Shown: positions 1-32,973 of the stretch, one piece after another
Layout: every line of letters begins with the position of its first letter
How positions within the stretch are numbered: position 1 is the first letter of the stretch
DNA from: Gekko japonicus
Taxonomy: Eukaryota
Length of the DNA: 64,000 nucleotides
Assembly: GCF_001447785.1 (NCBI RefSeq)
Contig: NW_015169173.1
Location: 1,025,979-1,089,978, forward strand
Direction of reading: 5' to 3'
Position numbers and translations under genes: made by a program
Notes under the pieces: generated by a model
The model's input: the letters and a program-made list of their open reading frames with translations, nothing else
Databases searched by the model: none
Told to the model about the DNA's origin: nothing

Positions 1-1230
1 AGTACCCCAAGGTGCAGTGTTTTCCCTGATGTTATTTGACATCTACATGTGCCCCCTTGCCCAGATTGCATGGAGTCATGGGCTGGGTTGTCACTAATAT
101 GCAGATGACACTATCTGTTGTTGGGCAGCCAGTCTGGCACTAGTCCGGAAGGTCTGGACCTGGCATTGAAAGCTGTGGCCGGTTGGCTTAGATTGAGTCG
201 ACTGAAATTGAATCTGATCAAGATAGAGGTTCTGTGCCTGAGTTGGAGTGGCCCGAGGGTAGGGATCCCACTCCCGACTTCCGATGGGGTGCTGTTGGTG
301 CCAGTGCTGGAGGTTAGGAGCTTGGGAGTGCTCCTAGATGCCTCCTTAATGAAGGAGGCCCAGGTAGTAGCCACTGCAAAGTCAGCCTTCTATCATCTTT
401 GGCTGATTAGGCAGTTGGTCCCCTTCCTCGAACGCAATGACCTGGCAACAGTGATCCATGCAATGGTCACCTTGAGACTGGATTACTGTAATGTTCTCTA
501 CATGGGGCTGCCCTTGTCCCAAATCCAGAAGCTGCAGGTGGTGCAGAATGTGGTGGCTAGGCTGTTGTTGGACCTCCCTATGCGGGAGCACATCCAACCT
601 GCGCTTTAAGCACTGCACTGGCTGCCTATAGCATACTGAATTTGGTTCAAGGTGCTGGTTCTTACCTTTAAAGCCCTATATGATCAGGGACCTACATACC
701 TAAGGGACTGCCTTTCCCCACATGTTCCCCAGAGAGCACTACAATCAGGGTCCCAAAACCGCCTGGTCTTGCTGGGCCCCAGAGAAGCCAGGCTGGCTGT
801 GACTAGGGCCAGGACCTTCTCAGTGGCAGCTCCATAATGATGGAATGGGCTCCCAGAAGACATCAGGGCCCTGCGAGACCTTTTACAGTTCTGCAGGGCC
901 TGCAAGATGGAGCTCTTCCACCAGGCCTTCAACTAAGGAGCTGCACTATGCAACTGAGGCGCTGGCCCCAATATTAACATCAATACCAACATCAACATCA
1001 ATAGTATTATTAACAGCTGATATATCCCAGACTACGATGGGAACTGACTGCCTGGTTGTTGGATGCTGTTCATGCCGCCATTGCATATGAATCATCTTAG
1101 CACTAGCACTTTGTAATGCTTTATACTTATATTGTGATTTTATCTAAATTTTGTTTTAGCTGTGGAATATCCTATGTAAGCTGCCCTGAGCCTGCTACGG
1201 CGTGAAGGGAGGGGTAGAAATTAATTAAAC
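1..1230 (+). mobile_element. L2-clade LINE 3' portion (degenerate RT C-terminus and tail)
   Basis: YADDT motif (~98-112), LDYCN..Y.GLP...LQ.VQN..ARL, LHWLP and R.FSVAAP..WN.LP, with in-frame stops. Confidence 0.88.
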
Positions 1231-2693
1231 AAAGATACAGAAGAATAGAAATATATAGTAACAGCTTGGCCTAACATAATTATCTAGGCTCTGTATCTAG
1301 ATTTGTGGTTCTTAAGAAATATATGCATCTTTCTGTAGGAAAAGTGAGAAGCTGGGGGGGGGGTAGCCATGAATGCAGTTAGACAATTGATTTGTCACAG
1401 TATTTCCAAAATAGGAGATGTTCTCACTTGCTCTCTCCCCCCCCCCATCCCCCAGACTGAGGGAACTCATTTTATAGTGTTACTAATTCTATATTGTCAC
1501 TTCTATCTTATAAAACAATTTTGAGATTCTGTGTCCTTTATTTCTTCCCCCCCCCAATATGTATATGAATTTAAAACTTTTAAATAAAAATAAAAAGTCA
1601 TACAGCTGACATATACAAAATCAACATCAGCAAAAGCAGCTGTTTCACCACAGAACTGGGTTCCATTCAAATATAACACTTTTGGAACAGAAAGGGCAGT
1701 ATCTTTAATTCCAGGCTCAGTGGCTCAAGTTATCAGTGTGGTGTGGTGTCGAGAACAAAGCCAATTCGGAGCATTGCTACAATTCTCGCAAAAATATAAG
1801 GCACGTTTTTCTACTTACAACAGGAAAGGGGAAGAACCATGGCAGAAAGGTTAAAAGGGTACTCCTTCACAGCCACCCAAGAATTTGTCCATTAAAAAAA
1901 TGCATTCACACACAGAGCTCAAAAACTTTCCAAGTGAGTTCCAAACATTAATCATAAAACCATAAACTGGTTTCCGGGAGAAATACTTTCTAACTCCCGC
2001 TCTGCTACGGAAGATCACTAGGAGATCTCAAGACAATCACTCCCTTTCAGCCTAGCCTACTTCACAGGGATGTTGTTGTGAGGATAAAGAGGAGGAGAGA
2101 AGAACAATGCTGATAGTCAGTTTGGGTTCCCATCGGGGAGAAAAGCAGGGTATAAACAAATAAAAATAATGTAACAATTCTGCAGTCATTAGTGGGTGAG
2201 AGAAGGAAACGGCAAACAATAACTTCTACCTGTTTTAACCAACTATACACCTCTTCCTCCCTTTCAAGCACAGGAATAGGAAACCCCCTTCTACAACTTC
2301 TCCTAAACTTCAACCCTCTAGACAAGTATTTCTCAAACTGTGTGAAATGGCCATGAAATACAGGCTGTTGCTCAGCATGCTGTGTGGTTATAAATGTTAA
2401 ACAAAACAAAAAAATCTACACTGCTTTATTGTTAATCGCTGCAGTATTCTTGCATTTTATGCTGGGTGGACAAAGCAGCACAGAGTTACTTTGCAAGTGG
2501 GTCCTGAAAAGTAAAGTTTAGAAGCATGTGTTCTGCTTCCCAAGAAGTCAGAGAACCACTTCTCTAGGCATTTGACAGTGCTATTCTTCCCAAGGGACCA
2601 AATTTTACCAAACGCAAGAAGCTGCTTGGAAAAAGGGGACACATTAGCTTAATATCTCATTAATTCAACTGCAAAATGAGCACAACAACCCAC

Positions 2694-3126
2694 CTTCCAC
2701 AACTGGATAGCAGCTGCCAATCCTCTTCTGCAGGCGAATTCTCCAAGTAACTTTATCCTGCACAATGTCCCTTAGTGTCTGACAGACCAAAGGAAGGACA
2801 CTCAAGACAAACCTGGCCTGCAAGTAGGAACAGATCTCCAAGATCAGCTCTAGAGGAAGAGACAACAGTCCCGAAACTGTGTCATCACTAACTGGAGACT
2901 TTTTTAGGTCTAGGAGAGGTGACCTGCACTCAGACACTTGGGCCAGCCCACCTACTGAGAGAGACTCTGGGGGCAGACACTGCGATGCCTGAGCAGACTG
3001 GCTTGAAGGACCAAGAACACGTGCAAAGTACTCTTGAGCCTGGGCATCTGGATCAGTTTTGGTCTCTGTATCAGAGTCATTGTCAGAGACTTGATGTGCA
3101 ACAGAACAATCTGGATCAGCATCCAT
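2694..3126 (-). CDS. FBXW9: F-box/WD-repeat protein 9, first coding exon (gene continues left of the window)
   Basis: ORF MDADPDCS...LLSLPLELILEICSYLQARFVLSVLPLVCQTLRDIVQDKVTWRIR...YPVVE contains an F-box motif. Acceptor cacatag|CCATG lies 2 nt before the ATG (exon starts 3128); donor GAAG|gtgggt at 2694/2693 (phase 1). Position downstream of TNPO2 matches recalled human synteny. Confidence 0.9.
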
Positions 3127-3351
3127 GGCTATGTGGGGAACAGAAATAGAGAGTTAAGAGCAACAACCTCTAGAACTGAGATAACATGCAGTTTTACCAC
3201 CAGTACATTTTTCACATTTCTTCTTCAGGGCAACAGACAAGCTGTGTTTTATACCAAAGTGTTTTGTGTGGGGTCCTATGCTAATCTAGAGAAAGGGTTT
3301 CCCCCCCTCACAATAAGGTTATCTTAGTCTCATACATACAGCAATAGGTTG

Positions 3352-3596
3352 GAAGCCAGTGTGGTGTAGTGGTTAAGAGTGATGGACTCTAATCTGGAGA
3401 ATGGGTTTGATTCCCTATTCTTCCACATGAAGCCAGCTGGGTGACCTTGAGTCAGTCCCAGTTCTCTCAGAACTCTCTCAGCCCCACCTACCTCACAGGG
3501 TGTCTGTTGTGGGGAGAGGAAGGGCAGGCAATTGTAAGCCACTCTGAGAATCCTTTGGTTAGTGAAGAGTAGGGTATAAAAACCAACTCTTCTTCT
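3352..3596 (+). mobile_element. tRNA-derived squamate SINE
   Basis: A-box TGGTGTAGTGG, B-box-like GGTTTGATTCC, body acctacctcacagggtgtctgttgtgggg and a (TTC)n tail. Related copies at ~16850-17070, ~29215-29420, ~42230-42420 and 28135-28372 (-). Confidence 0.8.
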
Positions 3597-3619
3597 TTTT
3601 AACTTATCAAAGCTTCCTA

Positions 3620-3844
3620 AGACAAAATCTTAGCCCTGACCTGGATAGCCCAGGCAAGCCCGATCCTGTCAGATCTTGGAAGGTAAGCAGGGCCAGCCCT
3701 GGCTAGTATTTGAAAAGGAAACTTCCAAGGAATAGCAGGATCCTGACACAGAGGCAGGAGATGGCAAGCCACCTCTGAACATCCCATGCCTTCAAGCCCC
3801 ACTAGGAGTCATCAGAAGTCAGTATGACTTGATGGCAAAAAAAG
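3620..3844 (+). mobile_element. 5S rRNA-headed SINE with RTE-like tail
   Basis: gcccgatcctgtcagatcttggaaggtaagcagggccagccctggctagtatttg resembles the 5S internal control region. Tail tgacttgatggca is followed by an A-run. Flanked by direct repeat agcttccta (3611-3619 and 3845-3853). Confidence 0.8.
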
Positions 3845-4559
3845 AGCTTCCTACAGCAAAACCTTAAAGAATCCTGGAAGAAACAAGTGGACTGGAAGAC
3901 AGAATTCTCACATTAAACAACACTTAAAAATTCATGTTACTGAGCAACATCATAACCCTCAGTAGGTGCATTCATTTCACAGTAGCAGGCACCCCTTCTT
4001 CATTGTTGTAGCAAAGATCTTAAAAGCACTCCAGTTCCCAAAACTCTATGCAAAATCCAGTCTTCAAGATTAAAAAAAGCTGGCCAAGGACTGAGTGGAG
4101 AGAAGGGAAAACTCTTTTTGCAGTTCAGCAGCACCTCTGGAGCCTCCCCCTCACCCAACCCTTGTAATCCCATCATCTCCACCCCCCATCATCATACAAG
4201 AGGCTGACAGTTCGAACAGAAGAATGACTGGAAGCATTGTATGGGTGTAATGTCAAGCCCCCCTTTTCAAGTAGGGGCGGACTGGGAGTCAAAATGACCC
4301 ATCCTGCCACCAAGCCCCCTTCACCTGATAAGAGGACCAAAGAACGGTGGAGAAAAAACAGCTCTACCATTCTTCTCCTCGCTGGTCGCACTGCGGGCAC
4401 TTTAGAACAAACTAGACCAGCAGGGCAAACCCAGATGTCAGCACTCTCCTCCTCGCTAACACCACCACGGGACGAGCACTCTGGGATAGGCCAGACCAGC
4501 AGGGTACATCTAGACCGGGCACCACCCTGCTCTTCCTTGACAACGGCAGGTGGTGGAGG

Positions 4560-5000
4560 CGGAAGAATGCACCAGGGCTGTGTAACCCCGCTATGGGGCA
4601 GGAAAGGAGCGCGGCGGCTATATCCTGCGAAGAGAAGGGGGAAATCTTCCAGGCAGCACGGACAGCCACCCCGAATGACCGACCTTTCTACCCTGCGATC
4701 GCGGTGGGCCACCGTCCCTCTCTCACTCCGGGCCAAGGTGCCACCGCCCCGCCCCCTCAGATTCGGAACCGGAGCACCAGACTCCAGCCAGCTAGGGCGC
4801 GTCCCATCACCAAGGAGAAACCACTTCCGGCGTGTAGCGATGACGTGTACAGCAAACGCGCCCACCATCGGAAGCATTGCATGCGTTCTCTGGAAGCTCT
4901 TCCGGGGAAGTTGCGGGCCTCGGACTGGCAACTGGAGCCGTGTTTAAGCGGGTCCAGAGTGCTGAAATCACGAAATTTACGCTCTAAATAAGCCGCGCAA
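4560..5000 (-). promoter_or_regulatory. CpG-island promoter and probable non-coding first exon of FBXW9
   Basis: Local CpG enrichment, a GC box (ccgccccgccc ~4744), ETS site cacttccgg (~4822) and CRE-like tgacgtgt (~4841). The ATG exon starts at a splice acceptor, so an upstream exon is required. Confidence 0.7.
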
Positions 5001-5076
5001 AGTTGTTGTAAGAGCGATTAGAATTGATGCAGTTTTCCATCTCCGTCCCGGAGGAAACTGTCTAGAAAGTGTTATT

Positions 5077-5290
5077 TTGTTGTTGTTCAGTTGCACAGTC
5101 GAGTCCGACTCTTCGCGACCCCATGGACCAGATCCCGCCAGGCCTTCCGCCGTCCTCTGAAGTTGGCTCAAAGTCATGTTCGTTGCATCGATGACACTGT
5201 CTAACCATCTCATCCTTTGCCGTCCCCGTCTTCTTTGACCTTCAATCTTTCCCAGCATCAGGGTCTTCTTCAGTGATTGCTCCCTTCTCT
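5077..5290 (-). mobile_element. RTE-BovB LINE 3' end
   Basis: LKKTLMLGKIEGQRRRGRQRMRWLDSV, then ccatggggtcgcgaagagtcggac and a (CAA)n tail. Confidence 0.88.
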
Positions 5291-6209
5291 CTTTGTACTC
5301 TGCCACTGACTAACAGGTTTAACTTAATAGGTGCACTTAGCACTTCCATGGTGCATATGTTAAGTGCCATTGATGATTCTAACAGCATGAATGTTTTCAG
5401 GTATTAACTTTGGTTCATTTGCGACTGTTGTTGGATGCATGCTGGGAAGGTAAAATGCTGAAGTTTGTGACCTTGCTTGTTATGGCCAGCTGTAACTGCG
5501 CATGTCCATGATGTCAGTTAGCTTGCTTTTAGATGGAAACCATACTACATGAGGTACCCATATCTGTTACATTAGATACTTTTTAATCACTTCATAGCCT
5601 GGGAAGAAGGCCCATTGTTCAACTGAAGGAGGTATATTTTTGCCTGAGAAAGTCCAACCTACAGGCCTGGGCCCAATCAGAATGGTGTGACGGATGTATG
5701 ACAAAGTTTGATGGAACCAATAGTTATGATTTATTTCTGTCACAGGGGGTATAAAACTTTATGTCTCCCATTGTAACCTTAGGGAGAGCTGTGGGATCCA
5801 AAACCTTATTGGATCTGCACCTTCCTCCTTTGTTGATCAATAAAGTACAAGATCTGATTCTGCTCTACAGAATTGTACTGAGTGTTTTCTCAAATTGGGC
5901 TGGGAAAACACACACACACTCAGACAGGATTATTTTCTGTACATCAAAAGTTCGAAGTCTGTTCCTTTGCGGAGATGTGGCACAGTTAAGTCTGCATAAA
6001 TCCAGGGATCATACAGAAGCTGAGGAAGCTTGGTGCAGATGCTACTTTTTGAAATTGTACGCTCTCTTTATTAGATATAGGGAGAATCAGACAACAGCGT
6101 TCTGCCACTGGCCACAGCAAATACTTTGATGTAACCATTAAACAGACTGGGAAGCAACAGTACATTGAATATGTGGCAATCTCATGAGCTGTGCAAGGTT
6201 TCAAGTTCC

Positions 6210-9200
6210 TCTAAAAAAAGAAGTTTATTAAATAATTGCAGTGATTCCTTAGCAGAAGGGCTACGATTTTAGCTAAACTGAAGGAGGTGCTTGTATACAT
6301 TAAAGAGAAGCATAAACATGGTGACTGGTTTGTAGAAGACCAGATATCTAACAATGGAACTTCTATGGTAGACTTTAGATAAAGCTATATTGGAGTGCTT
6401 GAAGCTACTATAGACCTATCCAGGTTGCTCATCTATTCTTACTAGCTATAACTCTCTAGTTTTTTACAAAGGCCTCCAACACATAGTTTGCTACACAATT
6501 TAACTGGAGATCAAGGAGATGTAGGTCAGCCTTTTGTATTAAAGCTGGTACTTTTCTACCTCCTATAGCTTAAATAGCTTCCCCTACAAAGTGAAGACTA
6601 ACCACCTCCACTGAAAGTTTAGTAAAAACTGAATGTTTAGGATTATGTGGAACTCAGAAAATATTCACTTAGGACACACTGCAAATAAAAATGGAAACTA
6701 GACTCACAAGAAATTGTTTTTAGTTGACAAAAAATTATACATAAAATGAGAAAAATCTCATCTGAGCAAGGTGCAAGCAGCTGCTTCAACACTAGGTACA
6801 CTGCAGTTCCACCATTGGAAACATTACGGCACATTTACAAATATACAAATCCAGGAGTAACGAACAGGAGGCAAAACTAGAAGCACTTGAAAAAAAAAGA
6901 CAAATTCCATTTCAAGAGGCAGTCATGTAGAGTAGCTTAAACTTCACTAGATGAATGAAGAGTTCACAGCCTTCTTTCTGTATTCCTGGGCATGTACTTT
7001 AGAAGCACAAAGTTGGGACACCATCTACTTACTATCTGTGCACATTTCTTGCCCATGCATTAAAAAAAACTAATTGCTGCTGTAAATAGAACCCTCTGGA
7101 GGTGTGCCCCCCCCCCCACTCAGGTAGGGGGAAACTGAGAATGAGGCCCAAGAGGGACCCACTTATAAAACCATTAAAATGCAAAGAGCCGATTGTTTTC
7201 AGAGACCTGCTCAAGTTCCACACTATTAAAAAGACAAATTGAGGAATGCATTTGCAAGTTTACTATCATTTCTTTGAACCAGCTACTCCAGAGGAGTACA
7301 GTGGTGGACCCCCCCCCAAAGTAAACTTTAGGATCAAGAGAAAGCTCTCAGCTGGGGCCATCCCCACTAAACCTTTCGCATCCCAAAGCCTGTACGACAC
7401 CACAGCATGTTGTTTAACAAAGCTGAGTGCTTCAAAAGCACTAGAGCATGTGAAACTGAGGCAAGGGATGGAAAGAAAAATGGGAAAGGATGTCAGTGAA
7501 GTTTAAGTTACTGAGCAATCATCTTACAAATACGTTCAAAACTTCACTTCACTGTTCTCCAAGCATCACCATCTCCTCAACCCAAGAGGGGTGTGCCCAC
7601 CTTCAGTGCATAATTCTTCAGTACTGCCCACACATCACTGCAATGCAGGACATTGGGCACAGTTCAACCCAGTTGCCTGGCTATCAATCCTGAAGCTTCT
7701 GAAGTTCCACTGGGCTCTGCTCTGAAGAATGCTGGGGGTTGTAGCTCAGCTCACTGCTCGCCCTCCTCATACCGCTTGCTGACACTTTCTTGCACAAGCA
7801 CCATCAATGTTGACTTCGTAGAACATTCCAGTTGACTGTTTCTCTTCCAACATACCTACCTTCCCCAGAAGTTGCCTTTATTAGTGAAGCAGTTCCTCTT
7901 CTCTCCCCACCCCTTCTGCCCCTCCATCTAGCTGCCTTTGGGGAAGAAACAGGCTTGCTTCCACATCACATGCTCCCCACTTACCATTAAAAAGCTATGG
8001 CTTCACTAAGACGAATGTATTCAGCAGAATTCTGGATTCTATTTCCAGGGGCTAAACTGATTTGGATCTAATGAGAATTCCTTAAGACAACAACCCTGTT
8101 AAGCATGCAGCAAAAGCTATGAGCTTCCACTGGCCATGCATGGAGGGCTCTGCTTTATTAGTTCCTCTATGCTGTCTTTACGTTTACTGCCCCTTTTGTA
8201 AACCAAAGAGGCAAATGTAGCACAGAACTTTCGAGACACAAAGTGTATCTAACCCTTATGCCACTCTGGCCACAAGAGTGCGGGACACAACAGTTCATGT
8301 GCCATACAAAACTGATCAAATGCACTGCAGGCCTTTGGGCCACAGTCAGTCAGTCAGTCAGTCATTCACACTGAAAGGTGAAATTCAATTTCCCTCCTTG
8401 CTCTCTCTTGCCTCCTACAGCTGAAGTAATGCAATAGCAGTGTCACAAAGTAACAGCTGAACAACAGGGTAACAGATTCATTGCACTGTGGCATCTTCTT
8501 AAAAAATAAAGACATGCTTCTCCAACAGTATTTCTTATGACAAGTACTGCTCCCTAGATGACCGGCAGGTCCCCTACTATGCCAGAGGCTGCCTTTGCCC
8601 CGAGCAATCCATCCAGCACACAGTGCCATGGCAGCTATGGCAAAAAGGGCTTGTGGGTTTCCTTAAGATTCCTAGATGAAAATGCTTTACACTTAGTCAT
8701 TATGGGCTACTCACAGGTTTGCTAGTCTACTTCTTGGTCACCATGCAGTCTTAAAAAGGTGAATAGCTGATCTCTTGAACACTGGTGACTGGAAATATAC
8801 AGTAGTATAATCCCCTTGGATTGAGTTTTAACCCTTCCCACTTCATCAGCTAGGTTTTAAACCATTAGAGCTTTTAATTCCGTTTTAGCATCTTAAACCC
8901 TATCCTTTATCATTATTAGCTAGTCCTTTATTATGGCCCCTGGTTAGATCCCCTTCTCAAGTGTTGCAGTTTAAGATTGCTCCCTTTTCTCAGCCCTGGG
9001 CTGAGCCCCACCCCACCCCAGTCCACAAATAACAGTCTCCAAACAAAGAGACCTTTCCTTCTGCCAGTGAGATACTCTGTTTTTTGTTTAAATTGGTCAC
9101 GGAGGCCCACCCTCCCCCCCAACTTTGTAAATTTCAGGAGATGAGGAGCTAAGTCATTTTATGTCCCACAATGCTCTTCCCGTCCTCCCTAACCCCCCAT

Positions 9201-9264
9201 TAACAGGGATCTGCAACACTGGGTTGTGGACATTCCCAGTATCCCTCCCAGCGCACACAGGAAC
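6210..9264 (-). other. TNPO2: TNPO2 terminal non-coding (3'-UTR) exon; 3' end approximate
   Basis: Strong acceptor tttgtttcttccttcag|GTTCC at 9265/9264 pairs with donor CTCG|gtgagc at 11253/11252. A repeat-poor stretch follows, with minus-strand AATAAA candidates at 6224-6229 and 6067-6072. Confidence 0.65.
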
Positions 9265-9534
9265 CTGAAGGAAGAAACAAAAAGATCAATATTAATAGAC
9301 GAAAGGCTATAAAAACATTAAGAATCACTGACCAGACCCATGTGACACAGCAAGGCCCACCCACGTTGCTCTGACCGCCCATTCATACTTGTAACAGCCC
9401 AATGCAACCAAGACATTCTGCTTCTACTACATACAACAATACTAAGGCGCAGCCACAATTCATCAGCACAGCCCAAAATCAAACCACAGGATGGTGATGT
9501 ATTCCCGTATCACTGTACATCAAATATTAATATG

Positions 9535-9567
9535 GTGATCAAGGTGTCTCCCCTGCCAGGAAAGTAT
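9535..9567 (-). pseudogene. U1 snRNA 5' fragment (nt 1-33)
   Basis: Minus strand ATACTTTCCTGGCAGGGGAGACACCTTGATCAC versus recalled human U1 ATACTTACCTGGCAGGGGAGATACCATGATCAC: 30/33 identical, starting exactly at U1 nt 1. Confidence 0.85.
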
Positions 9568-9949
9568 TTGATATAGCGTTTTTATTAATTAAGTAATTGC
9601 ATATAAGCATATAATGTAACTGCCCTCTTGGTATATACGTTATGTGTAGTAGAGTGTCTGTTTGTAGTGTGTAGATTTGTTTGTTGTAGATTTAAAAAAA
9701 TTAATAAAAGTGTACCTATGGGTACTTAAAAAAATTAATATGGTAAAAGCAGAACCTTGCTTATCAGGATGAGAGAAATTAAGCTTGGGGAATTTGTATT
9801 AGGTGGTAGTAGTGCAATAACAGATCCTATAACAAACAGAATCCTCTCACAACATCTTCTGATCTAAGTGGAATGCATTAGAGTACACTTATGCTAGAGT
9901 GGACCTCATTCTTCTTGCAGTTTCTGCAGCTAGAGAACAAAAGCTGCAT

Positions 9950-10990
9950 AATGTCATGATAGTATCAATAGGATCCATTTTCAAATGTTAAATTAAAATT
10001 ATGGATCAATCCAGACCTTAAAATTGTGAAGAAATATTTTTATGGAAAGCTTGAACTGATAGGGGAATTTTTACATTGGACAAATTGATACCCGATGATG
10101 CGTTTTTGTCATTTTCTCAGCTGAGGTCTACATATGACGTCAACTTCTGCTGAATGGCAATATTTACAATAGTAACATCTGTTAATATCTAAATATGGCC
10201 CTGTAACATTAAGTGTCAGAGTGCCCTTTGCTCCTGGAAACTCTAATTGAATTGGTGCAGGAAAAAAACCCTACAATATTTGTACTGTATTAATTGTATC
10301 AATACTGTATTAATCCTGTTGTATTAATCCTATTAGATATGCAGAGTCTCAGGAATGGATGGAATAAGGAGCTAGATCACCCTGTGTTGCCAAAGCAATG
10401 AGATATGGCCTTAAAGTTTATACCTGCTCTCTCCATGGATCTTAAGTTGCAACTTATGCAGATGTTTAGAATACACTGGACATCTCAGTGATTGTTTAGT
10501 GAAGGACTGAGTAAAGGGTCTAATTGTTGGTGTTGTAACTCACAGGATGCATCCCTTAAACATATGCTTTGGTTGAGTTTAGTCATTCGATTTTCCTGGG
10601 AGGAAGTTATTACTTATATCAATTTTGTAATAGAATGTTCACTGATTTCAGGATGCCTATGTACTTTTAAACTACCTGCCCATCTCTTCGAGGCTAAGCG
10701 ATGATTAATAAAAATGGACCCTACTACAGCTGAAAGACTTGTATGAAAACACTGGGGAGATAAGTGCCCACCTCCTGTATATCAATGTATTGAGGATCTT
10801 GGAACATTATCAGTATTTGAACGCATGACATATAGACAACAATTATGTATGAACTTATTTTTAGATGATTTATATTTATAGATCCTATAAAAGGTTTTCT
10901 ATATTTTTACAAAACTTTTAATAAAAACTTCTGTGTTGTTCTACTCCCCACCCCCCATTTAGTTGCTGGATTTTGTGTTTTTCCCCTTGT
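9950..10990 (+). mobile_element. L1/Tx1-clade LINE 3' remnant
   Basis: Degenerate ORF2 C-terminus with CWCC.SQDASLKHMLW zinc-knuckle-like motif (~10525-10575), followed by AATAAA and a T-rich 3' UTR. A similar shorter piece lies at ~11790-12040. Confidence 0.7.
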
Positions 10991-11275
10991 TTTTGTTTTT
11001 TTAAAGAAAAAAAATCTTCTGATCTATTTTGTGGACAGTGGGATGATCCCTATACAAAAAGATGTACTACTTGATTTATGCACTCATTCTTACATCCTCT
11101 GCTCAAATGTTAGAGATGGAATATATACTTGTCAAACTTCTTCTGCAGTCACCACCCCATACTTCAATTCCTTCAACTCCAAGGACTCTACTTCATAATA
11201 CTTCCTTCCTTCCTCTCTTGGTTGCAATGCTAGTTACATCCTGCATGCTCACCGAGTACGGTTTTGCTGCTTCAT

Positions 11276-32973
<21,698 letters not shown>

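Noticed and set aside
3655-3745. Possible 5S rRNA gene
   Set aside because: Heavily diverged, lacks the 5S termini and is embedded in a SINE with tail and TSD.
4173-4991. Long overlapping ORFs (252, 236 and 132 aa)
   Set aside because: They lie in a GC-rich CpG island where stops are rare, are low-complexity R/P/G/S-rich and show no recognisable domain.
9535-9567. Possible functional U1 snRNA gene
   Set aside because: Only 33 nt, with no remaining stem-loops, Sm site or recognisable PSE.
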